From Eledone cirrhosa (lineage: Eukaryota): a stretch of 64,000 nt of DNA. Below the pieces are notes generated by a model. That model searched no databases, was not told where the DNA came from, and saw nothing but the letters and a program-made list of their open reading frames with translations. Below are positions 24,232-37,732 of the stretch, piece after piece. Every line of letters begins with the position of its first letter. Position 1 is the stretch's first letter. The stretch is taken from contig CAXHJY010000377.1 in NCBI GenBank assembly GCA_964016885.1, positions 24,698 to 88,697 of the forward strand, in the 5' to 3' direction. Made by a program: the position numbers and the translations under genes.

Positions 24232-25140
24232 CGTACATATGTATATATATATATGTATACAGACGTACGCTAGTATGTATATACATACATGCACACATAC
24301 ATACATGTATAGGTTTACCGAACATTTATTATAATGCTCGGTTTGTTTGTAAAGAAACAGCCAGAATTAGTAGCCGTACAGTGTTCGGCAACCATCGTTG
24401 CCCTTTTTGTTCAAAACTGACTAAGGAACGATGAACTAGTTTCTAGCTTGTTAGCTGTCATCAACATCGTATACCTTCCTGTCAGACGATTGAACGTTTG
24501 AAAGTACATACTTTCCTGATGCATATTAACGGCTGAGCAGCCTAATTTGCATATTGAGTGAGTTAGTCGGCCGGGTGTATCGAAAATGATAAACGGAAAG
24601 AAATGAAACGTTTGGATTGGATGGTTTTGACAGTTTGGCCAATAACTTGATTTACTACTATTTTCCTCTTTCTTCTTCTGAAGGCTGAAATATATTTTTG
24701 CTTATAGTTTTGTTTGATCATGTGTGACCTTAGGTTAAAATATATATAATGACAGAACATTCTAAAGGAAACTGGATTGTAGTTAGATCTATGCCAATCA
24801 AATACGTTTCACATCTCACTCTTCTGGCATTTAGTATCTTAGGATTAGTAAAATACAGCAAGTTTTGAATTACAATATCGCTTCAATAATAGCACAATTT
24901 AATTAAAAATAAAGAGACTAGTGATATATATTTCATCCCCCATCCCATATATGTTTGTATTTATCGATTCATTAGGCTTGAGATATGGAAGATGCGTCGT
25001 TGTCACAATATGCATTTTGGGGGTATATTAAACCTGGCAGAACTCATACCTCTTCCAGAGAAAAATAGAGATTGTGTGTGATATCGTGGGAATAAGAAAG
25101 TGATATAGAGTTTGAATTGATATTATTATAAGACTGGAGG

Positions 25141-25434
25141 GTCGGTGGATTGGCAGTATCAGTAGAGGGTCGGACGCCATGCTTTGACACATAGAGTTAC
25201 GGCCCTTGCCATTCTGAGTTCAAATCCCGCCGAGGTTAACTTTACCTTTCATCCTTACGGGGTCGATAAAATAAAGTACCAGTAATGTACTGGGTAATTG
25301 CTGGCCTTGTGCCAAAAGTAGAAACAATTATAAGACTGGTTATTTGCCTTTCATCCTTACGGGGTCGATAAAATAAAGTACCAGTAATGCACTGGGATAA
25401 TTGCTGGCCTTGTGCTAAAAGTAGAAACAATTAT
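25141..25434 (+). mobile_element. SINE family A with duplicated 3' half
   Basis: Full copy 25141-25330, second 3' half 25344-25434. Target sequence ATTATAAGACTGG present three times. Confidence 0.92.
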
Positions 25435-26076
25435 TATAAGACTGGTACTTTAATTATCAGCTTCTGAAAGAATGGAAGACAAAATTGACCTCTCTTGCGC
25501 AGAGAGACGGGTTGAATAACGGAAGGCATTCTATCAGACATTCTAATGCTTATGCATATCTACTGCTTGCCCACTCGATATATAGCAACGGAATATCTAT
25601 AGTTGCCGGGTAATGTTTATGCTCAAAATACATTCAATATCAAATGATTTTTATACTGACACATAACATTCATCCTTCTTCAAATAAGCACTTATTCTAG
25701 CGGATTATTTTATCAAACACATTAAATTCTCATCTTTTTTGCAGAAGACAGTAATCATTGATGTTCACATTCGATTAGCTACTGGAATCTCTTATAGCAG
25801 AGATAGCAATGATAATACTACCATGTAAAAGCCATTCTATTTCCAACATAAAATTAATCATTATTTGCGTGTAGAATTGTATGAAATTATCGTAAGAGAG
25901 AGAACTAACATTCCTAATACTCAAGTAAAACTAAATCAGAAATATAACATACATATAGATTGTATATATTTATATTTTCTATATATATTTTCTATATATT
26001 TTTATATGTATTTTATAACAATATGCTAAACATATAAGTAAAATACATCACATGAATACCGTAGCTGATTGTAATA

Positions 26077-26220
26077 ATGCTAAATATAATGCTAAATATA
26101 AAGGTAAAATATACAGCATGAGTATGCTAAATATAATGCTAGATATAAAGGTAAAATATACAGCATTAGTATGCTTAATATAATGCTAAATATAAAGGTA
26201 AAATATACAGCATGAGTATG
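26077..26220. repeat. 47-bp tandem repeat x3
   Basis: Unit ATGCTAAATATAATGCTAAATATAAAGGTAAAATATACAGCATGAGT. Confidence 0.9.
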
Positions 26221-27068
26221 GTAACTGATTAGCGGATTGTATCAGCAGATTTTCTTTCTCTGGTCATAATATACACGAAATATGATGAATAATTTAGTTT
26301 TTATATTGAGTCTATTGTTATAATATTCTATATTTTCGTTTAGTTTCTTTCAAGGAATGCAGATACATTTTCATAGTTATTATTATAGGGATGCCTCAGT
26401 CTTTTTTTTTTTCAATTACAATTCTGAAATCTGATGGAAAATTTCTGCAATAGCCGAGTGTTTCTGTCATTAAAAGAAGAAATATATTCATAATAAATCC
26501 ATAATATATTTTGAAGACAATGAATATACTGTATATATTATATATATTTAAATCATAACAATAATTGAAAAATATCTTCCACCTGTATAAATCTAATTAA
26601 ATCCAAATAGTTCAGCGAACAAATAATTAATTTACTGCGTCTTGCCCATAATCAACACATACAGCACGCATAAACAGTCTAATGTTGTGATGAAAATAAT
26701 TAAGTTCTACATTTTGCTTTATTGATCGCAAAGATACATATATATTGTTGTAATTACTCGCGGTTTCTACAATGAGTGTTAGAATATTTCTTTCTCATCT
26801 GTGTAACCATCGAAGAAGATAAGAGTAGTAGAGTGTATTGTATGATTTTCTTTAAGTCTGTTATTATTCTCTAAGTCTCTTATCACAGCTCTACCATCTT
26901 GAACAAAAATATCTTCTCATTTTTCTCAGTCAAATTTCATTCTGGTGAGTTTAACCATTATCAAGCCTATGCCACTAATTTCATGAAATCATAGCTTCAC
27001 AGTGGAACTAAGTTATTTTCAAAAATCTTATAGAAAAGAGACATCGTTATCTACATACGTACGTACAA

Positions 27069-27258
27069 GGGTGTGGATTGGCAGTATCGGTAGAGGGTCT
27101 GACACCATGCTTTGCAGCAAAGAGTTACGGCCCTTTATTATCTGAGTTCAAACCCCACCGAGGTTAACTTTGCCTTTCATCATTATGGGGTCGATAAAAT
27201 AAAGTATCAGTAATACACTGGGACAATTGCTGGCCTTGTTCCAAAAGTAGAAACAATT
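27069..27258 (+). mobile_element. SINE family A
   Basis: TSD TTATCTACATACGT at 27047-27060 and 27257-27270. Confidence 0.92.
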
Positions 27259-27262
27259 ATCT

Positions 27263-27600
27263 ACATACGTCTTTCTTTTTTTACTCGTAACGCCTGGTTG
27301 CGTCGTAGGGTCACCGACATACGTCTTTCTTTCTTTACTCGTAACTCCTAATTGTGTTGTAGGGTCGCCGACATACGCCTTTCTTTCTTTACTCGTAACT
27401 CCTTGTTGTGTTGTAGGGTCACCGACATACGTCTTTCTTTCTTTACTCGTAACTCCTGATTGGGTTGTAGGGTCGCCGACATACGCCTTTCTTTCTTTAC
27501 TCGTAACTCCTTGTTGTGTTGTAGGGTCACCGACATACGTCTTTCTATCTTTACTCGTAACCCCTGATGGAGTCGTAGGGTCATCGACATACGTCTTTCC
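27263..27600. repeat. 54-bp minisatellite, about 6 copies
   Basis: GACATACG recurs at 27316, 27370, 27424, 27478, 27532 and 27586. Confidence 0.95.
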
Positions 27601-27883
27601 ATGGTTATTTAAAACCTGGCATAGCCATCCCTTCTCTAAGTCTGATGATAACCAATTTCGTTCAGAGGAGGAAATAAAGAGAGTGATAGAGTGGACGTGA
27701 GAAATGAGATATAGAATATACATTGACCCCAGTATTGGAGTGATACATGTTTACCGACCTCAAAAGGATGAAATGCAAAGGTGATACAGTATGTGTGTGT
27801 GTGACAACTCACACCTATGCAGGTTTAGCTGGTCTCCTGCAAGGTATATCTCGTTGGGGGTGTTTTGGGTATTTTAATGATAG

Positions 27884-28113
27884 GGACGTCGACGTATATA
27901 TGGATCCATTCGTATATCGACGTATATATGGAACCATACGTACGACTTCGTATATATGGAACCGTACGTACGTCGACGTATGTATGGAACCGTACGCACA
28001 TCAATGTATATATGGAACGGTACGTACATAGACGTATGTATGGAACCGTACATACATCGACGTATGTATGGAACCGTACATCGACGTATATATGGATCCA
28101 TATATACCGACGT
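27884..28113. repeat. ~28-bp CpG/palindrome-rich minisatellite, about 8 copies
   Basis: Unit approximately CGTCGACGTATATATGGAACCGTACGTA. Confidence 0.9.
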
Positions 28114-29467
28114 TTTCAGAAAAATTTCCTCAATTCATAAAGTCTCGTTATATGATAGGAGTGACTTTCTGGATTGTACTATAATGATTTAAATTATTTC
28201 GAATATCAAATTGCTTTTATGTTGAGTTCCTTTGAAATAGACGGCTAATTATTGATGTTAAATTTGATGAATGCATGGCTGTTCTTTTGATTTATTTACA
28301 TTATCTGCATTGTTACATAGGATCGCTGGGTTTTTTTATATTATAGATTTGATATTATTCAAATTGCCTCGGCTAACCTTGCCAAGAATGTGTTTATTTG
28401 GGTTAATTAGACTGGTGTAGAAGTCAGGTGATTTCAGTTTAATACCCTGTCTTTGAAAAACAGATCCCCTTCCCCACCTAAACACACAAATCAGTATATC
28501 CTTATCAGAATCCCCCAAACATCCGACCACAGCCATTCTCTTTCACATAAACACACAATCACAATCACACATGTTCCCATATGATATAAAGCGAATTTGT
28601 AAATCTGTTGGAAACAGGAATATTGATTTTGTGAGGTTAGATTTTTTTTTATAAAGATACATACACACTAACATAAATACTCGCATATACACACTTAAAA
28701 TTCATTTTACACACATATGTATCTGTGAACGAATGTATAATACAACTAATATAGGATATCAAATGGCACAAATTAGCACAACCAACCAAGATGGCGATAG
28801 ATTCGCTGTGATAATGTATGTTTTGAAAATAATAATCTAAAATACTTATGAATTACTAATTTTTAAACGTCTCATCGAAAGTTTTGAATATGACCTATTT
28901 AACTGTGACAGCAGTTTCGTTAAGAGAGTCGCATAACAATCATTTTGTCTCGGTTTCCATCCGACTACGTTTCATCCTGCAAAAGTATTATTTATGACAT
29001 CCGCAGGTCGAACCGTGCCTTCTGCGAGAAATATTGTACAAGGAAACTGTTTTGAAGCTTGTCGGGTGAGGGGAAACTGTTTAGAAGCCTGTTGGATGCA
29101 TTGAGGTGATCTTTTCACACATTGTGTCACGTACTAAATCACCTTAAGACTTACATTAAATTCACACGTGTTTGTGGAATGACAGCTACTTACATGTTCA
29201 TTTAATTAACAGGTTATTCCATTGATCAAGACTCGTGGTAGATAAATTATGATTTGTTAGATGGTTGTAAATATCAAATCAGTGTTGTAAATATCAAACA
29301 CATCTTGTCTAGAAACCATATGAAAAGAACGTGTAAATAAATATATAAGACGGTTATTTTGTGAAAAAAATAAATGCAATTATGATACTTACTCTACGGG
29401 GGAGATTTAAAATGCTTATGATAATTCATTAGGTAGAAATTGAATCAAGCTACAACAATAGGATTGA

Positions 29468-29610
29468 AGGCGCATAGCTTAGTGGTTAGAGCATTGGGCT
29501 TGCAATCGAAAGGTTGTAAGTTCAATTCTCTGACCGAGTGATGTGTTTTTTCCTGGAGCAAGTCACTTTATTTCACGTTGCTCCAGTTTACTCAGCTGTA
29601 GAAATGAGAT
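29468..29610 (+). mobile_element. CORE-SINE (tRNA head + MIR-like CORE)
   Basis: tRNA-like head GGCGCATAGCTTAGTGGTTAGAGC...GTTCAATTC, then GAGCAAGTCACTT...CAGTTTACTCAGCTGTAGAAATG resembling the CORE domain. Confidence 0.75.
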
Positions 29611-30650
29611 GATAGGACTGGGCTCCCTATCATTAAATCACTCAAGACACCTTCAACGAGATATACATTGCAGGAGGGCAAGTAAACCTTCATAGGTGTG
29701 AGCTGTAACAACAACAGCAATAACACCAATAGGATTCAAAACGCGACATTTGCTTATTTGTCAACTTATGCCAACTCAAATATATATATGTAATAAGTTG
29801 CTGGAATATGTATTATATTATGAAACTAAAACAAAATAAAACAAAGCTCCTACGAGTAGCGTTTGAAATACTTTTCTATATAATATATATCATGTTTGCA
29901 GTTATTTTCTTCACAATGTCACTGTATTACATATATACTTCGCGTATCGTATGAATTTATCACGTTCTATTCTCATTCCCAGTCGGAATGTTTTTAGATA
30001 TGCTACAGTTGTGTTTTGATGTAGTCTTTATATAGAATCTCTTGATACTACTATTACATTGTGGATATCCAATCACACATTCTATGAATAAATGGAACCG
30101 AGGAGGCATTATATTTATTATTATTTATTCATAAACATGTTTTATTCTTCTGTGTATGAATGCCTTATTTTAACTTTTCATCGTATTCTTCGTTAGGTTT
30201 TATCTTGGAAATGTCTTGGTGGGTATCACAGGCGTCACGTAACATTTTTTTTATTGTTCATATATATTTTAGTTCGACTTGCATAACATTATGTAGCTTA
30301 GCAGTGTTCAGATCAACTGTATAGAATAATTTATCACACTCCTTTCAATGTGATATGATAAATATCATAAATATTAATATGGAAATATGTTATTTAGATT
30401 ATACATTAGATGTATACATATTTGTAATACAAAACATAAGAAAATTTTCTGTTGTTCAGTCGAGTAGTGGGTCTTTTACTATCGGCAACTACATGAAGTG
30501 CATAGGTATAAGTGTGTCTATATTTCATTAAAAAATCATAAATTCCGTAGAAGGAAACAGTTGTATGAGCAATTCTTCTCATCTGAATTTACAAAGGAAT
30601 TAGATGTTTATAAAACGCTCAGCAAAATGTATTATTATGACACATAAAAA

Positions 30651-30872
30651 GGCGGTGGATTAGTAGAACCGGTAGAGTGTCGCATAAAATAATTTCGGGC
30701 ATTTAGTTACATCTTTCTAAGTTCTGAGATCAAATCTCACCGAGAGTAGCTTTGCCTTTCATCCTTAGGAGGTCAATAAAAAAATACCAGTAACGGATTG
30801 GTGTCGATTTAATCGGCTTTCTCCCTTCCTTCCAATTGCTAGTCTTATGTCAATGTCAGAAAGAATTATTAT
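30651..30872 (+). mobile_element. SINE, older relative of family A
   Basis: GGCGGTGGATTAGTAGAACCGGTAGAG head, GCCTTTCATCCTT..GGTCAATAAAA core. Confidence 0.78.
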
Positions 30873-31724
30873 GACATGGAAACATTAGATAGGTTTCTAG
30901 TTACTAGGATAATTATATGTACAATGTGACATAAACTTAAGGTTTGATGCTATTCATTGATATTTAACAATTTACAGATGTCAGAATCAATATGAGGTAA
31001 TGGTAACTATCTGTGGCAGTCAGAATAATGTTTATATATGCTGTCCTTATTTTCATTTAATAATGATTGCATTTAATTACAATAAGTGAATTTCAGTAAA
31101 ATGTAAACCTATTCATAATTTAGTCGGGTCAGACAGTGTAATTTATGAAATTAAATTATTACATTTTAAAACAACAAAATATTTATTCGTGAAATCGATG
31201 TTGTTCATTTACATTTAACACAAATATTTCTTGTATCCATTCTGATTAGTTTAAACCACCTTGAAGCCCATAGTTTTCGTTTCAAAAAGTATAGTGGTTA
31301 CATTATCCGTATATACTCGACTGTCCTGGACCCCGATTTGAATGGAATGTTTTGCAATATAACTAAATACCTTCAGTATTCTAAAAAAGTATACAATATC
31401 AATAATAGTTAACACCATTTATCATGAAAGGATGTTTGATAAAATCGAAAGCTTTAGATATATTTAATACGATATGGGCATGCTATGTTTAGATTCCTGT
31501 GTGTGTTGCCGTAGATACAGCAGCAATAATCGTACATATCTATGGAATATCAAATAGCGGCGAAAATCTGAGGCATTGTAAAGTCAACTGTATGAATTCA
31601 TCAGTTATAAGAGCCTGAAATGACCAGCCTTGTCTTTTATTTACATAATTTACCAGTAGCGTTATCTCCACAAGGCTCATACAAACGGGAATGCTGCTAA
31701 AATACTGTCAATTGTAATTTACAG

Positions 31725-31994
31725 TGGCATTTGACGTCTACCAAAATAGTAAAATTAAGTTTGGCATGTAACTACAAATCTTGTGAATATACTATCGAAA
31801 CAAATCAATATTCCCTCGTGCAACCACATACAGTTTCTTATAGCCCACATCTTATCATTGCCTATTTGCATCTATTAACACCTCCTGTTGAAAGCTGCGC
31901 CAGACCATCGAAATATGGGTTAAAGTATACGGTTTCCAGTCCACTGCTCCCATTTAGAGTATCAGAAAATTGTTCTAAAACTTCACAAAAGTAG
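31725..31994 (+). CDS. Candidate exon (phase 0 start), Cys-containing
   Basis: Acceptor TTTACAG, non-repetitive 89-codon open frame WHLTSTKIVKLSLACNYKSCEY...ESCARPSKYG. In phase with a possible 19-nt micro-exon at 30978-30996. Confidence 0.25.
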   Translation, partial: WHLTSTKIVKLSLACNYKSCEYTIETNQYSLVQPHTVSYSPHLIIAYLHLLTPPVESCARPSKYGLKYTVSSPLLPFRVSENCSKTSQK

Positions 31995-32319
31995 ACGTCA
32001 ACAATTATAGTGGTTCGCCAAATATCAACTTACCATGATAGCCTCAGTAATAGTAATGTTGGTGATGTTGTTGTTGTTGGTGTTGGTAATGGTGTTATTG
32101 TTGTTGGTGGTGATGATATTTGTAGTGGTGGTAGTAATGGTGGTTGATGTGATGGTGATGGTGATGGTGCTGATGGTCATAGTAGTGGTAGTGACTGTGG
32201 CGGTGGCGGTGATGGTGTTGATGGTGATGGTCTTGCTGCTGGTGGAGGTAGTTGTGAATGGGGTAGCAATGCTGTTAATGAAAATCATAATAATCGTGTG
32301 TTGATGGGACTCCCACATA

Positions 32320-33640
32320 AAGCTGAAGTGATAGCAAACAACTCCAGGTGAAGGAAAACTCCGAAATGAAACCAAATCCCGTTAACTAAAAATACCGAAT
32401 TGCAGTATGGAGGATATTTAGTATTATTTCAAGGTTGGTATGAAGTCGTAGATATGACAATCATTCTAAAGATTAAGCCTCGAAAATGAAACTCGTGGAA
32501 GGAAAACTATATCGAAAACCAGAACTATTATAAAGGAATTGAATACTGATATCTTATTTAATTAACGGGGGAAAAGGAGTGGAACGTCAGTCGAAGCTAT
32601 CTCACCCCATCGGTGGTCTACTACATGGCTGGATGTGGGGGTGAGGAGCATATCGTTATGAATAACTGCCAGAATGAAATTGGAATAAATATAGCTGTGA
32701 TGGAGTATTACTACTTGAGAAATCTGTATTAGGTCAATGGAGCAACAGACAAAGAATACAGAATATATGTAAAGAATGAGAACTACCAAATATTACTGAA
32801 CAGAGGCTCCGTGACCAGGTCAGACATTGAAGAAATCTGTAAAAGAGCAGATGCTTCAGTTGAAGGTGTTAATAATGAGAGACTTGAGGCTGCAGTAATA
32901 GAAACTGTAGCACATTAGACCAGTGAATGAGTGCAGGGTATTGCAAAATAAACTCTAGAGATATACATGAAAAAGTAAGTGGAGAAGAAGAAAAAGAAGG
33001 AGTACTGATTAATGACACCGAATGATGGGGCTGTAACGCCAAACTGAAAAGAAAGTGCACTATGTTGGAGAGCAATATGGAGTAGAGAGGTAAATCACAA
33101 CAAACAAAGGATGGGAATCGTTGAAAGATTTGCAAAATTTAGACAGCTGAGATGACAGAGTAGATCATGATGAAAGGTGGTGTGAACAGACACCAGTGTG
33201 TGTTATTGAGAATGACAATTGAAAAATCCTTTGATATTTAATGATACAATAGTGGAGCACAGAAAGTCATAAATTATCTTTAAGGACAAATGCCAGAAGA
33301 AATAGCTAATCATTAACATTACAGGTTCCACAGACAACAGTGGAAAAGAAATTGAGAGATCACAGCTCCAATATTATGGACATGTGGCTAGAATACCTCA
33401 CGAAAGAATCGCTGTATAGATTTCACGGGCAAAACCAACCGGCAGCAGATCCAGGGTTTGACCCTGTGGAAGATCGTTAGATAACATCCATGAGCTTGGC
33501 TGGTCTTGCTTGGTGATCCAGCCGGATCAGTTGGAGAGGGTTGCTTTTGATAGGAGTCGCTGGAAGGAGCGTTTGAAGACTCTGCCGTTACGACCCTCTC
33601 ATGACTATGTGGGCAAAGAAGAAGAGAAGAAGACAAGATA
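32320..33640 (+). mobile_element. Old degraded RTE copy
   Basis: RTE 5' UTR motif GGTGAAGGAAAACTCCGAAATGAAACC at about 32347, and C-terminal EIERSQLQYYGHVARIPHER...DRSRWKERL at 33348-33600. The middle is too decayed to read. Confidence 0.55.
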
Positions 33641-34108
33641 AACCAATGAAAGAAGAAAAAGGCCACATATTGATGATGGATGTCAGCGTTATACCGGTAA
33701 ATGTATATCCAATGAGTGCTGCTTTCAGATACTTTTGAAGTCCATATAGGTAGAATGGGAGTGAAAATACAAGTATGTCTTTCAAAGGAAACAAAGTCTG
33801 TTGGGTACAGCTAGAATATTTCTTAAGGCTTTGATAAGGGAGAAGGGTTCTCGTAACCATGATTGTCTGTATGGAAAACAAACTGGACATATTAAACCCA
33901 ATTGTCAAGATATATTACAATCAGCATCATTCTGGTCATTATGGTTTAACGGGGTCGATAAAATAAAGTACCAGTAATACAAGGATATGTAAGCTGGCCT
34001 TGTGCCAAAAGTAGAAACAATTATGGGTTAACCTCACCATCATCATTCTATGAGAAGAAAATGTAATGGAATAATGAAGTTATATTAAAATATTACTGTT
34101 AGCTGTTT

Positions 34109-34176
<68 letters not shown>

Positions 34177-34177
34177 T

Positions 34178-34219
<42 letters not shown>
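34109..34219. repeat. (TAC)n microsatellite
   Basis: Direct reading. Confidence 0.98.
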
Positions 34220-35836
34220 AATAGAGGTAGTAACCATTACATTTACTATGGTCAATTACGATACAGTATGTTACTTAGAGACTTTGAATATATTCATCTT
34301 AAAACAAATAATAAAAACAAACATTCACAAACACTCCCAGATTTCTTCCAATACATACACAGAAGATAAAAGGAATAAATACAAGAATAAAGACAATATT
34401 CTCAGGAACTTCGTTCTGCAGATTTGTCAGTATTTCAGTCAAATAGAAAAATATATTGCTTTCTTTATAAAGTGTAGAGAGATTAGCGGTGTCAGTGGAC
34501 ATAATCAGCTGCAGACGACATTAAATTCTGTATAATATGTATAGTTGTTTTATGTTAATATTATTGCACTGAAGATCTGTGAAATATCGAACAGTATATA
34601 AGTGTGTTGTTTTTTTGTCCTTCAAATATTATATAACTCTGAATTTGCTTTACATTCTCTGTCATTATTCATTGATTTACAACCTGTTTTTTGTGTAGGT
34701 GTTCTTTATCTGAATCCATCTACTTCATATTTTACTCCAGACACTTTAGATGTTTTTTATCATCCCTTAAAATATGCTCCTCATTTGTCCTTCTCGTTTC
34801 TTCTAGTTTTAACAATTTGTTATTTTCCTATGATTATTGAAATATTTCTTGTTTTTATTGTATATCTTATTCCATATATTGTACTATTGCCGAGCAGGCT
34901 GACTTGTTGCTGTTATAGTTTAATATTATTAATATTTTTTTGTTTTTATTTTATTTATTTTTGGCTCTTTACCATATTTTATTCATCTTTTTTCTACTTC
35001 GCATTATTCTGAATAAAAATATACACAATTCAAAAGAGTACAATCAATTTATTACAGAGGAAAATTGATCACTATTAGATCCTCTGATTTAGAGCTAAGC
35101 CGATATGGTAATCATTTTTCAGAGATGAAGAGACATATTTCAAAAGCTATAATGAAATATTATATTTGCTTTATTGCAGACAACACTGATTTTGTTGAAT
35201 TATTTCCATATAAAACGTAATGATTTCTCTCAGCAATATAAAATATAACATTGGAAGATATGTTGCTTTGCTTAAAATGTAGCTATATTCACCAAGTAAT
35301 ATACAATTTAACGTCCTCATGAATAAATCTTGCTCGATCCAGTTACCCTCATCAATACTTTAAAGCTGGATATGCATGACGATTATAGATTGAAACAATA
35401 ATTTTTCATTTGAAAGTTGATTCTAATCTCATAAGTGAATATTAATACCTACAAACCTTAAACCAGTTTGATTAAAATTTCATTTGTGAATTATTTTTTA
35501 TTTTTAAAATGAGAAATTCGAATGAATTTAACCTGTTTCGAGGAAAATTGAATTCATGCCTAACGGTTGACTGCTCGGTAATGCAGATACTAATAGTTAT
35601 CTTAATACATACTGGATTACGATGTCTCTGAAAATTTAATGTCAGATCAAGTATGTGTATAATTTATTTACTCTTCTTTTGAGAGAAACTAGAAATGTAC
35701 TATCCGAAGATTTCGAATTTTTCTCCTCCTCAAAAATGTTATACATTTGAATTGACTATCTCAGATCCTTTATTTTATTTGCATAAAAATATATATATAA
35801 AACAATGCATCTGCATCTAAGCGAGTTAATAATAAT

Positions 35837-36014
35837 TGTTTCTACTATTGGCACAAGACCAGCAATTACCCAGTGCATTACTGGTAATTTATTTTATCGA
35901 CCCCGTAAGGATGAAAGACAAAGTTAACCTCGGCGGGATTTGAACTCAGAGTGGCAAGGTAACTCTATGCGTCAAAGCATGGCGTCCGACCCTATACCGT
36001 TACTGCCAATCTAC
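35837..36014 (-). mobile_element. SINE family A
   Basis: TSD AGCGAGTTAATAATAAT at 35820-35836 and 36015-36031. Confidence 0.92.
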
Positions 36015-36759
36015 AGCGAGTTAATAATAATGAGTTTAGTTTATTTGATGACAATTTATTTAGTTTATTTGATCACAATTCCTAATTGATTAAAACGAAT
36101 CATTGATATATCATCAAGTGGGAGTTAGTCGTGATAAATAATTTGAAGTACGAATTACATGCGTATAGATCTTTATAATTTTAACATCTAAATGTAATCA
36201 CCACGGAAACGTAATAATTGTTTCTATTTTTGGCACAAGGCCATCAAATACACAGTACATTACTGCTACATTATTTTATCGACACCGTAAGGATTAGTTA
36301 TTTTTACTTTTATAAACAGGGAAACAGGCTAGCCATATTTGTATATCAACTGAAATTAATAATATAAATTCCGTCCTCGTTCGGTAGTAACCTATTTCGT
36401 CTCACAGGGCCTGTTAATTTTATATTTTGGCACAACAATCCTCCTTGAAAAAGGAACAAATGGACAGGATATCAAGAAGACAATGAATAACGTTTATAGC
36501 TGATTCATCGGAATTAAAATACTATAAAATCAAATCTAATAAAAAACATTTGATGTACTAAGGAAAATAAAAGGAATGATGAACGTGCCAGAGCTCTGCT
36601 GTTTTGGGTGACGTGGAATAGGGATTAATGTTTATTTTAAGTGTTTGCTATGAGATTCAGTCGTTTGACACTGAAGGTAAGAAGATAAAAGTAGGCATTT
36701 CATACGTAAAACTTAGCGGAGTTTCACGCAGTTTCAAATTTGATAGATAAGTTAAAAAT

Positions 36760-36946
36760 TATTTTCTACTTTTTGGCACAAGGCCAGCAATTAACAAAGT
36801 GCATTACTGGTACTTTATTTTATCGACCCCGTAAGGATGAAAGGCAAAGTTAACCTTGGCGGGATTCGAACTCAGAATGGCAAGGGCCGTAACTCTATGC
36901 GGCAAAGCATAGCGTCCGACCCTCTACCGATACTGCCAATCCACCG
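36760..36946 (-). mobile_element. SINE family A
   Basis: TSD AGATAAGTTAAAAAT at 36745-36759 and 36952-36966. Further partial copies at 9420-9520, 23608-23652, 33949-34023 and 36212-36295. Confidence 0.92.
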
Positions 36947-37032
36947 TTATAAGATAAGTTAAAAATAATGTGGATCGAATTTACATCTAGAATGTCAGCA
37001 TAATATCGGAGTTCAATTAATTTATGTTCCAG

Positions 37033-37203
37033 AATCTATTAGACCTATTAGATTTATTATTCCCATCGGTCTACGAGAGAAATTTTATGGCAGAATCACA
37101 AAAATCATCAACCCTACAATATGTACGGATTTCATGTATACTTCGTCGAGGTGGAATTGTAGTGTGTGTGAATTGAATGTGGTGTCGAAGATGTTTTTCT
37201 CAG
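37033..37203 (+). CDS. Candidate internal exon (phase 1-1), possible galactose-binding/F-type lectin-like domain end
   Basis: Acceptor TTTATGTTCCAG, 56 open codons SIRPIRFIIPIGLREKFYGRITKIINPTICTDFMYTSSRWNCSVCELNVVSKMFFS, donor CAG|GTAGAT. GRxxKI...CELxV resembles the GRYVxI...LCEVxV motif. Confidence 0.35.
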
Positions 37204-37502
37204 GTAGATAAAAATGAAACTTTATATCTTCTCTGTCACAGCATATCTGGTTAGAAATATAAGCGCGGATACGGTTAATTCGTAAACGGAAGTCATCGGG
37301 TGACAAAATTATAATTGGTGTTCATAAGTTATTTATTAGATGAAGTAAGATCAGCATACAAGGTGCTACATCAGAGAACTTAAATAGCAAACTTTCCTGT
37401 TAGACAATGTTCAAGAATTTGTTGTCGAAATCATATCGAGTTACGTGGACGAATTCCAAATAGGAATTAGATGACATGTTATCGGATATCTTTCGGTCTA
37501 TC

Positions 37503-37732
37503 TCCGACAGGTTTCTGGTTGTACCCTTGGCAGGGGAGACTTTTGGTGTCCTCGGCCCTAAGGCTACCTACCTACTCACCACCATAGGTGTTGAACTGGC
37601 CAGCCGCAGGTGTGAGCCCCGCAAGTTGGAATGACTTTTTCAGCGCGTCTCCTTTGCCGTTCTCCGGGGAAACGCCTTCTCTATTCCGTCCGTGGCGGCT
37701 GTGGGAAGGCCACCAACATGATTGACTGACTT
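37503..37732 (+). mobile_element. CRE-clade LINE 3'-end fragment
   Basis: Reverse-complement homolog of 6678-6910, including the ATGATTGACTGACTT terminus. Confidence 0.85.

Noticed and set aside
27263-28113. Regularly spaced repeats as a CRISPR array (also 42925-43160)
   Set aside because: Contiguous tandem units without unique spacers, no cas genes, eukaryotic context.
29468-29545. tRNA gene
   Set aside because: Acceptor and T stems do not pair, and it continues into a CORE domain, so it is a SINE head. The same applies to the family A heads.
34602-35012. 136-aa hydrophobic membrane-protein-like ORF
   Set aside because: T-rich low-complexity sequence that naturally gives F/L/I, GTG start, no motif.
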